Assembly: GCA_965223665.1 (NCBI GenBank)
Contig: OZ245011.1
Span: 1,760,001-1,824,000, forward strand
DNA length: 64,000 nt
From: Nitrospinaceae bacterium
GTDB lineage: Bacteria; Nitrospinota; Nitrospinia; Nitrospinales; Nitrospinaceae
Reading direction: 5' to 3'
Part shown: positions 41,001 to 48,496 of the stretch, piece after piece
Position numbering within the stretch: the stretch's first letter is position 1
Layout: every line of letters begins with the position of its first letter
Notes under the pieces: generated by a model
Database searches by the model: none
The model's input: the letters and a program-made list of their open reading frames with translations, nothing else
Told to the model about the DNA's origin: nothing
Translations under genes and position numbers: made by a program

Positions 41001-43731
41001 CCTACCGGAACCGGGGGTAGAGTTGGGAGTCTCTGGAGATCTCTGGTTGAACCTGCCGAAATTAGGAACGCATGCTTCTGCGGACACCACCGACAAACTG
41101 CTCCTCGATGGACGAGTTTATCTGGTCGCCAACGCTGCCGGGGATTCAGGATTTCGCGTCAACGGGAGTATGCGGGGACGCTGGAACACTCCCTTAGGCC
41201 TGGGGAATTTAGCTTTAGAGAATACCGCTTTTATCGCGGGTATGGATGTGGGTGGCCCCCGAATTGAAGTGGGCATGGGCGGAACCATGTATGTCAACCT
41301 ACCCGGAAAATCGGAAAAGGAGTTTGGAGCCGATGCTATTCTCAGTTTAACCACATCCGTTCCACCCATTCCCACGAAATTGGGATTCCGCTATACGGCT
41401 GGTGAAATTTCCGCTTTAACCAACATGGAAATTCAACATGCTTTGTTTGTGGGAGCACTTACAGGTCCACTTGCCCAAACCGTGGTCAAAGCCATCCCTG
41501 GCGAAAAAGTTAGAAACGCGGCTAAACAATTGGGAGAGCAGTTGAACAAGCGATCTCTGGTTCAAATCTTACAATTAGACAAAATTCCGTTACCTCTCCT
41601 AAAACTTAAGGACGTAGATGTCTATTTCGGTACTCCCGGCGCAAAAATTCCGGGTCGTGGCGACAAAGGGGTTCCCGGTCTGGGATTTCGGTTGGCCGCA
41701 CAAGCCTGGTTGGAATTGTTGGGTAAAGAACATAAGTTAGCGGCCGCAGACTTGACTTTATCGGTTAAAGACGGGTTTCGTGTTTACGGAGAGCTTCCTA
41801 AACTGGAAGTTAAACCGCTTCTACTGGGTCCTTCGATACTGGACATCAAAGCCAGCTTTTCAGATATCCCACATTTCAAAATGAAGGGACATGTCAAACT
41901 GGATCCGCTGCTGGATGACGAAACCGATGTGGAATTGTCCAAAGAAAGAATCGCATTTTACTTTCATAAAAAATTTGGATCCTTGTTCGACTTCGAATTT
42001 GACGCTCATACCGAAGGTGAAAATGTTTTATCCAGTAAGGAGTTCCAATTAACTATGCGGTTAGAACAAAATATTGATACGTTTATCAACGATAAAGTTT
42101 TGCCCAAACTTGGAGTACCGAAACCTATCATTAATGCCTTGAAAATGACCAATCCCCTGATCATCAGAAAGTATCAGGTCCATGGGGATATGGTTGGATT
42201 TGTCGGTGGAAAAACTCCACTGGACGTCTACTTAGAACCCAGATATTTCGGAGATGATGTGGAGCCGGTGACGGCAAAAATCCGTGGGCCTAACTGGAAA
42301 CATCCGGAAACGGTTTTGTTCCTGGGAAACGAATTTACCGGAGCCATGGCTGGCTCTTTTCTCCAATACCTCATGAATAATCCAAAACAAACCGCGGCGT
42401 TTAAAATTTTGCCAAGTCTGTTGGAATTTAAACCGGGATATTTGGGAGGAGCCTGGAAATGCAAAAGCAATAAGGATGCAACCTGTAGGAGTTTAATTCA
42501 AACATCGAACAAAATTCTTTTTTGCCGTCAAAAATTGAAGTTGTTGGGAAAATCATCGGAGGCTCCTCACTTATGTGGAAGTTTACTACCAAAACAAAAT
42601 GAGGCGCTAAGTCATCGGGCAGAAAAAGTATTTTTTGTTTCCGGCGGCATGAAACTTCCAGCAACTTCACCGGAAGTTAAAATGACCTTCAGCAAAGAAA
42701 AATTTGGACATGAAATTAAACACAAAATGGACTTGCAGTTTCAAGACAACTTACTGGATGGGTTAATAGTATCCGACTATCATGTGGTTGGGACTTTAAC
42801 TAATGGAAAGCCTAAGAATTTAAGTTTAAAAGGCGTGGTCTCAGGCGATCTCAACCAGTGGTTTCAAGGCCAGGTTATTAAAATACTAGGAAAGAACCCT
42901 ACCACTAACTTTCTCATCAAAGAAATTAAGAAACTTGATCTGGTAACCGTCGAAAAGGGAACCATTGAGGGTAAATTCAAAGATTTCTTTTTCAAGAACC
43001 AATCGGCGGATTTAACATTAACCATTCGTGTACTGGGAAAATACAGAGGTACGGCCAAGAAAGACCAGGTAAAATATTTAAAAACCACAGTTCCCATATA
43101 TGCGTTAAATCTTAATCCTGCCATTAATGTTGCCAACGCTGCAAAGACAGCCCTGGGAGCGACGAAAATAATCGCACAGGTCATTGCAATTCTTGTTTCA
43201 GACGCTGCCAATGTGTTTGCTGGCGGTATTGATAAGTTTCTTGGGGGTGGCCGAGAATCTCCCTACTGGTTCTTAATGCAGGCCCAGCATAGTAAACTAT
43301 GTTTAACTCCCGCCGGTGGGAAACTGACTAAGGGAACTCAATTGGTGGAAGTTGAATGCAACCCTAATCAAAAAGCTCAGCTTTGGAAATACCAAGTCAA
43401 AGCCTTAGGCGCGGTAAAACTTTATAATCAGGCAGCCAATAAATGTATGGATGTCGCCAAGACTTTTGTATGGCCTATCTGGTATTACAGCTTGCATAAC
43501 GGGGTTAAGGTTCAAATTTCAGATTGCGCAAGCGATGCAAATCTAGCCGCATTGAATCAGCGTTTTTGGGTGAAATGGCAAAATCGAAATCAACAGATTG
43601 CCAAATTCATTCCCGCATCCGCGGTGCTGCATTGTGTCGATGTTTCTCCAAGTGAACATTACGTTCATCAATGGCGCTGCCATAAAAATAAGGATCAACA
43701 ATTCAAATTGATTCCTGTAGAAAAAAATTAG
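38065..43731 (+). CDS. Giant exported protein: fascin-like N-terminal repeats, long beta-rich core, C-terminal ricin-B lectin
   Basis: RBS GGGAGG before ATG 38065. TM/signal segment, fascin-like YFSA..GG..I.A....GPEETF, and ricin SKLCL...QLW, NKCMDV...QRF, CVDV...QQF. Confidence 0.75.
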   Translation: MNISTSNQIITPSNYFFPTCKNESEKEKDQNPDSKRINLNFPSTGKRRKTIFQTVLFRYGSSIKSFYNSGFLKNFCLVLTITLSAILLDYFYPKSTLAAGLKAIDPAQCATPEEDRILRPKQKKGKKITGLMGTPYKVRLGTASGQHQLALTGCESIGAPSSAGHDFIFYDLDGGKLEDGNKIAIVGPHGWLVGVTKNKQLRADRFDVNEDTTFIIKRLKVIEDISRIGIFTELKTYFSAVDKGGDAIIAAATQLGPEETFSIMDLDDISLEMSVKGFQKGVKSVGGLVAKAVMEKLFGKPVADKSEVKVLPEACATELAKQKVSKDTQKEAKSEPKTPEQKKSKFKKIMSWVWDKIDKARACETISFALQIPGTDLGAEMFYTREDKKSVPVWHVALMAGDKTLNENPLINAIPKLKNLVGDPKLKSLVMVFSEEKGIKDVTDLSAPLRKYLKDHHEEIEIPEIFEDTSHDLQKVRFDQGVNLFAEVESAKKGVLGKVTNLVLPNATQSNEPWRIDGVIGGAFMWKLLNKESSKYKKDLPIAYKDKNQFKIDLWIPGHTPYPFNFLNQRNAFHTEVVKARFEIRVSKDKQATKGEQPEKTEYGLDLEIESWNEYWLLGKRFPIKVESPIHIKKDDIEVYLKGVYEPKKHEDPLAFIPGFHVRKLVFGGGFAKKEIPKKTKDTSKKSILSFQVGSQVGIEGYQEVATGFQIDLAAQGKKVSLDDIRLQIQGDEDEGRILLDKLPVLKSIPLINEWVLEKGTLGFKPTAGIPDFYITGGATWTRTNMGSKIAIMKKKLNGKDEFFLFSRANDFSLAGLLPAKTPDAVKGIFTALKMPRMLLLLTTAKGKDKNETGALSIEDMPKPLVPLFDGIVKEADESIPVFGDGITLVSALDFSQAEDKLMKKTLSTLGLDKLGTNGTIMIAGSVGGLLNGELRIGLAAKLPTFELPTTLPGGFKNPLGYLVEFDKVASDFYLDFKALPEPGVELGVSGDLWLNLPKLGTHASADTTDKLLLDGRVYLVANAAGDSGFRVNGSMRGRWNTPLGLGNLALENTAFIAGMDVGGPRIEVGMGGTMYVNLPGKSEKEFGADAILSLTTSVPPIPTKLGFRYTAGEISALTNMEIQHALFVGALTGPLAQTVVKAIPGEKVRNAAKQLGEQLNKRSLVQILQLDKIPLPLLKLKDVDVYFGTPGAKIPGRGDKGVPGLGFRLAAQAWLELLGKEHKLAAADLTLSVKDGFRVYGELPKLEVKPLLLGPSILDIKASFSDIPHFKMKGHVKLDPLLDDETDVELSKERIAFYFHKKFGSLFDFEFDAHTEGENVLSSKEFQLTMRLEQNIDTFINDKVLPKLGVPKPIINALKMTNPLIIRKYQVHGDMVGFVGGKTPLDVYLEPRYFGDDVEPVTAKIRGPNWKHPETVLFLGNEFTGAMAGSFLQYLMNNPKQTAAFKILPSLLEFKPGYLGGAWKCKSNKDATCRSLIQTSNKILFCRQKLKLLGKSSEAPHLCGSLLPKQNEALSHRAEKVFFVSGGMKLPATSPEVKMTFSKEKFGHEIKHKMDLQFQDNLLDGLIVSDYHVVGTLTNGKPKNLSLKGVVSGDLNQWFQGQVIKILGKNPTTNFLIKEIKKLDLVTVEKGTIEGKFKDFFFKNQSADLTLTIRVLGKYRGTAKKDQVKYLKTTVPIYALNLNPAINVANAAKTALGATKIIAQVIAILVSDAANVFAGGIDKFLGGGRESPYWFLMQAQHSKLCLTPAGGKLTKGTQLVEVECNPNQKAQLWKYQVKALGAVKLYNQAANKCMDVAKTFVWPIWYYSLHNGVKVQISDCASDANLAALNQRFWVKWQNRNQQIAKFIPASAVLHCVDVSPSEHYVHQWRCHKNKDQQFKLIPVEKN

Positions 43732-43882
43732 GGAAATTTCAAGGGTTTATCCAGCACAGATCGAAAAGACATGGATGTCTCTTCTGATCTTTGGGTTGGG
43801 TTAATAAAAAAAGATAGGTCATGTTTTTATTAACCACAATCCCACCCTCCTCTGCTAAAATTTCAAGAACAGCTTTTTAGAT

Positions 43883-43946
43883 TTTTGAGCCAATCAGTCC
43901 AAAACCAAGAATAAACAGTCCCTCCCACGGGTCTTTATATATAGAG
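43883..43946 (+). promoter_or_regulatory. Shared operator + ECF-like promoter, copy 2
   Basis: TTTTGAGC-caatca-GTCCAAAA, then GAATAAA-N15-GTCT-TTATATATAGAG. Confidence 0.7.
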
Positions 43947-44031
43947 AAGAAGTTTTTGCTCCCTGAGTGGCGGCAAAATTCGCAATCTTTTATTTATGAT
44001 TGAAAGTGGTATTTCTTTTAGGGAGGTTCGT

Positions 44032-44514
44032 GTGAGAGTTTTTTCATCAAAGCCGATTTCCATACTCATTATTTTTTTAGTGAGTGGAGTGATTTTTTAT
44101 TTTATAAATTCTGACCGGGAGAGACCCGGAGATTGTCCCCAAGACAGGGAGACAGTTGCGGCTCCGGAAACCTATTCGACAATGAAAAATACCCTGGAGC
44201 CTACTCAGGAAAATATTTTGGCGGGAAAACAAATTTTTAATACAACGGCTAAACCGATCCCGTGTATTATTTGTCATGGAATTAAAGCGGATGGGTTAGG
44301 ACTCATTTACCCGCATTTGAAGCCTTTTTCAAGGAATTTTACCTGCTACCAAACCATGAAGGATGTTTCTGATGGTCAATTGTTTTGGGTCATCCAAAAA
44401 GGATCCCATGGCACCCGTATGCCGGGTTTTGCGAAATTGGAGGAGAAGGAGATTTGGCAATTGGTTCATTATATAAGAGATATGGAGAAAAAAGATAATA
44501 CGAACGATTCTTAA
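44032..44514 (+). CDS. Membrane-anchored monoheme cytochrome c
   Basis: CIICH heme motif, SDGQLFWVI..G, distal Met in TRMPGF. GTG start behind GGGAGG. Confidence 0.9.
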   Translation: MRVFSSKPISILIIFLVSGVIFYFINSDRERPGDCPQDRETVAAPETYSTMKNTLEPTQENILAGKQIFNTTAKPIPCIICHGIKADGLGLIYPHLKPFSRNFTCYQTMKDVSDGQLFWVIQKGSHGTRMPGFAKLEEKEIWQLVHYIRDMEKKDNTNDS

Positions 44515-44563
44515 CGATTCAACAGTTACTTCTTTTTCAAACTGTCCCAAGGGAGGATAAGTC

Positions 44564-44983
44564 ATGAATAAAACCATCACAATTCTATGTATTTTTTTTG
44601 TCATGATATTTCTAGTAACTCTTTCACCCGCCCTGGCGAACCGGGCCGTCAAAATTATTAAGCCAAAGCATTTAGCAGTTGTATCTAACCCGGTGGAAAT
44701 CTGCATGGAAGTATATGGACTTGAAGTGGAGCCGGCAAAAAAGGGTGTCAACGAAGGAAAAGGACACCATCATCTTCTGGTTGATGTAGAGATCCCAACC
44801 AGTGTCGGAATGGCAAAACCCTTGGCAAAAGATTCTCGTTACATTCATATGGGAGATGGTTCTTCCTGTAAAACATTAACATTAACCACGGGTCGACATT
44901 TCATTAGAACTCTATTTGCAAAAGGAAATCATGTGCCGTATGATCCTCCCATTAGCGATACCATCATCATCGATGTCAAATAA
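44564..44983 (+). CDS. DUF4399-family secreted His-rich protein
   Basis: GLEVEPA, GHHHLLVD, IHMGDG, G.HFI...H.PY. Confidence 0.8.
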   Translation: MNKTITILCIFFVMIFLVTLSPALANRAVKIIKPKHLAVVSNPVEICMEVYGLEVEPAKKGVNEGKGHHHLLVDVEIPTSVGMAKPLAKDSRYIHMGDGSSCKTLTLTTGRHFIRTLFAKGNHVPYDPPISDTIIIDVK

Positions 44984-45012
44984 TCGGTTTTAATCGTTCG
45001 GGGAGGAATTCC

Positions 45013-45624
45013 TTGATGGCAGGATTATATGGTTCTTTAAAGAATTCCAGAGGAAAATGGATTTTCATGGTAGTTCTTTTCACCGTTATTTTATTTCCAT
45101 TAAATATTTGGGGGCAAACCATGCCTTGCCAACCCAAACCTCCTTACCAGGCTCCGGAGCACACTCCTCCTCCTGCCCAACCTCCATCACCGAAATCTCT
45201 ATTAGTCGACAACGGTGATAATACGATTTCAGATCTTAATACCGGGCTCATGTGGGCTCAAGCAGACAGCTATGCAAATTTGAATCATTGTTTGAATTTA
45301 CCTGAGTCAAAACAGTATGTAAAAAGTCTCAAAACCGGTGGTCATAACGATTGGCGAATTCCTTCCATTAAAGAGCTGGCCACTCTATATGACTCGACTC
45401 AAGAAAACGTTATGGCATGGGACCAGAATTCAGAATACCCGTTGGCTCTGGATAAAAAGTTTGCTGACGGTGCGGCCTATTGGTATTGGTCCAGCGATTA
45501 CGGAACCACGGAATTCGCCGATCATTGTGCAAAGACTCTTTACTTTGTAAACGGTATGATTGAGTGGCGCCGCTTCGAACTCTGCAATAACGGCGGTGTC
45601 CGCGCTGTCAGAAATATAAAATAA
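45013..45624 (+). CDS. DUF1566 (Lcl-like) secreted protein
   Basis: DNGDNTISD..TGLMW, GGHNDWRIPSIKEL, YWSS, VRAVR. Confidence 0.88.
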   Translation: MMAGLYGSLKNSRGKWIFMVVLFTVILFPLNIWGQTMPCQPKPPYQAPEHTPPPAQPPSPKSLLVDNGDNTISDLNTGLMWAQADSYANLNHCLNLPESKQYVKSLKTGGHNDWRIPSIKELATLYDSTQENVMAWDQNSEYPLALDKKFADGAAYWYWSSDYGTTEFADHCAKTLYFVNGMIEWRRFELCNNGGVRAVRNIK

Positions 45625-45675
45625 GTCACAAGTTTCTCTATTATAGAGTTGGGCATTTATAATAGGTAAAGTCTC

Positions 45676-46845
45676 ATGGACGATTTAGCTCTTTCTCTAA
45701 TAACTATTGGAGTTATTCTCCTTTTCGGATTGGCCGCGGATGTAATTGGTCGTCGGACGAAATTACCAAGAGTCACACTTCTTTTATTATTCGGTTTATT
45801 AATTCGACAAACACCCTGGTTTCCGGAAAACCTCAATCATTGGTTTCCCTTTATTACAGATTTGGCTCTTTTAATGATTGGATTTCTCTTAGGAGAAAAA
45901 CTCGTCTGGTCTTTCCGAGGGAAACAATCCCTTACTGTCTTTTGGGTGTCAGGTAGTGTGGTAATAGTTACGGCGGGGTTGATTTTGGGAGGTTTACTCC
46001 TAATTGGGATCCCTCTGGAAATTGCTTTAATTTTTGCCGGAATTTCTACAGCCACGGACCCTGCCGCTACAACAGATGTTGTTGTCGAAACAAAAGCCAA
46101 AGGAAACTTTTCCAGTACCCTTTTAGCGATTGTAGCTATTGATGATGCCTGGGGATTGATCCTCTTCAGTTTTCTGCTGGCCCTGGCGCAATCTATTCAA
46201 GGCCAACCCGGGAGTATGGATATCCTGCTGACCGGAGCCTGGGACTTGGGAGGGGCCTGCCTGGTTGGAATCATGCTGGGAATTCCCATGGCTTTATTAA
46301 CCGGTCGCGTTCGTCCCGGCCAACCTACACTCCTGGAAGCATTAGGCATTGTAGTTCTATGTGGTGGAATTTCTCTGATGTTGAACGTTTCCTTTATTTT
46401 GGCTTCCATGGTATTGGGTGGAATGGTGGCACTGCTGGCGACTCATCACGAATATCCCTTTCACGCTATTGAAGACATCGAACCTCCTTTTATGATTTTA
46501 TTTTTTGTATTGGCAGGGGCTTCATTAGATATTTTCCAGTTAGCAGAAATAGGTTGGTTAGGGATAACATACATTTTCCTTCGTATTTTGGGTCGAATCT
46601 TTGGATCCTGGCCCGGCGCTTTGTTGGCTCAAGCAAAACCTTCTATCAGAAATTTTACCGGAATGGCTTTAATGCCTCAGGCGGGAGTCGCGTTGGGTAT
46701 GGCCCTGGTAGCCACCAATCGGTTTCCAGAATTAAGTCAGGTTATTTTTCCGGTTGTCATTGGCACCACCATTTTTTTTGAACTTATAGGTCCCATCCTG
46801 ACTCGTACCGCCCTGATTCTGGCGGGAGATGTTGCCAGGAAATAA
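45676..46845 (+). CDS. Cation:proton antiporter (Na_H_Exchanger family)
   Basis: About 12 TMs, TATDPAAT, AIDDAWG, FFVLAGA, PQAGVALG. Confidence 0.92.
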   Translation: MDDLALSLITIGVILLFGLAADVIGRRTKLPRVTLLLLFGLLIRQTPWFPENLNHWFPFITDLALLMIGFLLGEKLVWSFRGKQSLTVFWVSGSVVIVTAGLILGGLLLIGIPLEIALIFAGISTATDPAATTDVVVETKAKGNFSSTLLAIVAIDDAWGLILFSFLLALAQSIQGQPGSMDILLTGAWDLGGACLVGIMLGIPMALLTGRVRPGQPTLLEALGIVVLCGGISLMLNVSFILASMVLGGMVALLATHHEYPFHAIEDIEPPFMILFFVLAGASLDIFQLAEIGWLGITYIFLRILGRIFGSWPGALLAQAKPSIRNFTGMALMPQAGVALGMALVATNRFPELSQVIFPVVIGTTIFFELIGPILTRTALILAGDVARK

Positions 46846-47000
46846 AAAAGCTTTAGCCATAGAAACCCAAAAGACTCAATTTTTAAAACGGAAACACGGG
46901 TGAAAAATAACAATAATTTTTTTCAATTTAAAAATCATTAATCGAAATTTTAATTATTCTAAATACGATTGGGACCTATAAAAACAAAAGGAATGAATCA

Positions 47001-47636
47001 TTGCAGCGGTCTATCCTAAATTTAATTTTTGATGCCTTAGCACTGGTGGGATTGATATTACTGATTGCCACCGGTTTAATAATACGGTTTGTGCTGCCTC
47101 CACTAAAAGGAAACCCCGAGAGCCCTTATACCTTATGGGAAATGAACCGGCATCAGTGGGGCGACATCCACTTTTGGATGGCCATTGGACTGTTTATCGT
47201 TTTAGTCATTCACCTCTACCTGCATAGGAAATGGATTGTCTCTATGGTACAGGGAAAATCAGAACAAGGGTTTGGTTTGAGGTCAATGATCGCCATATCC
47301 ATTCTGCTTTTATTATTGATTCTGGTTATCATTCCTTTTTTGAGTCCCACAGAAAAAAAAGCTGCTCCAAAAAATAAACATCTGCAACAAAAATTTAAAA
47401 AAGAACCTGCCAAAGGAAGCAATCCTTCGGAGGAAACCACATCTAACCTGAATATCAGGGGTTATATGACTCTCAACGATTTGGCTCAAGCCACCGGAGT
47501 TCCAGCAAATTATTTTATAAAAGAACTGGGGTTACCAGAAAACATTTCTTTAGATTCCAAACTGGGTCACTTACGAAAACAATACGACTTCAAGTTTTCA
47601 AAGATTCGAACCCTGGCCCAAAATTTTCAAAAGTAA
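47001..47636 (+). CDS. DUF4405-family membrane protein (possible heme b ligands)
   Basis: TG....F.LP, WGDIHFW, HLYLH.KW, and C-terminal IRGYMTL domain. Confidence 0.8.
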   Translation: MQRSILNLIFDALALVGLILLIATGLIIRFVLPPLKGNPESPYTLWEMNRHQWGDIHFWMAIGLFIVLVIHLYLHRKWIVSMVQGKSEQGFGLRSMIAISILLLLLILVIIPFLSPTEKKAAPKNKHLQQKFKKEPAKGSNPSEETTSNLNIRGYMTLNDLAQATGVPANYFIKELGLPENISLDSKLGHLRKQYDFKFSKIRTLAQNFQK

Positions 47637-47718
47637 TTCCCCCATCTCTTCCCTTTTTCAACTGCCTTTATTGATGGGTATCCTGTCTTCACTCCCAACC
47701 AAAAATCTTTCCCGGTTA

Positions 47719-47785
47719 TTTTGAACCATATGGTCCAAAACCAAGAATAAACCCTCTCTCCCACGGGTCTTTATATATTGAGGGG
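47719..47785 (+). promoter_or_regulatory. Shared operator + ECF-like promoter, copy 3
   Basis: TTTTGAAC-catatg-GTCCAAAA, then GAATAAA-N15-GTCT-TTATATATTGAGGGG. Confidence 0.7.
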
Positions 47786-47827
47786 TGTGTTTTTTATTAG
47801 CGTGTAAATCCTTTGAGGAGGTTCATT

Positions 47828-48070
47828 ATGACCATCGAAACGATTCGATGTTTTTTGGGTTGGTGCACCATAATTAATTTAGGATTCCTTCTTATTTGGT
47901 GGCTCAGTTTATTGCTGGCCCATGACTTTATATATCGATTCCATAGAGAATGGTTCAAACTTTCAGAACAACGGTTCGATGTCATTCATTACAGCCTGAT
48001 TGGTATTTACAAATTTGGAATCATTCTCTTGAACATAGCCCCCTATTTTGCTTTACATATTATGGGTTAA
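47828..48070 (+). CDS. DUF6868-like small membrane protein
   Basis: FLGWCTIIN.G.L..W...H..WF.LS...FD..HY...YK......PY.AL. RBS GAGGAGG. Confidence 0.8.
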   Translation: MTIETIRCFLGWCTIINLGFLLIWWLSLLLAHDFIYRFHREWFKLSEQRFDVIHYSLIGIYKFGIILLNIAPYFALHIMG

Positions 48071-48180
48071 TGCAAAGTATTTTCTCAAAATCTTTGTCAG
48101 CGGAGGGAAAAACCGAACCGCTGCGGGAATAGAGGACTGGGTAGCGGGCAGTTTGTTTGAGGATAATTAACCGTTTCATT

Positions 48181-48208
48181 GGCAGACCTTTCGAGGTCTG
48201 CCTTTTTT
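48181..48208 (+). terminator. Rho-independent terminator
   Basis: GGCAGACCT-ttcg-AGGTCTGCC followed by TTTTTT. Confidence 0.92.
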
Positions 48209-48319
48209 GGTTAATTTAAATCAAAACAAATTTTGTATTTCATATTCATTCTCAGAGTGATCCCTTTTTTCATATAATTTTTCACTCAAAACTTTTTGAT
48301 TCATACTTGCCGAATTATC

Positions 48320-48360
48320 GAATAAAAGTCTCCCCAAAAATATCTTTATATATAGAGGGG
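48320..48360 (+). promoter_or_regulatory. ECF-like promoter, copy 4 (no operator palindrome)
   Basis: GAATAAA-N15-ATCT-TTATATATAGAGGGG. Confidence 0.65.
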
Positions 48361-48496
48361 ATGAAATATGGAATAAATCCCCTATAAAAGGGAGGGGGCT
48401 TTTTCGCACCCTATTACACGAAAAAGAATTGATTTGATTTAATTGGAAATTAAAACAATTGAATCCCTCTTAAGTTCTTATGAGAAGGAGACCCGC

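Noticed and set aside
43757-43842. Two hairpins after the giant gene, considered as attC or ncRNA
   Set aside because: GTT/AAC order is opposite to attC. Most simply terminator or stability hairpins.
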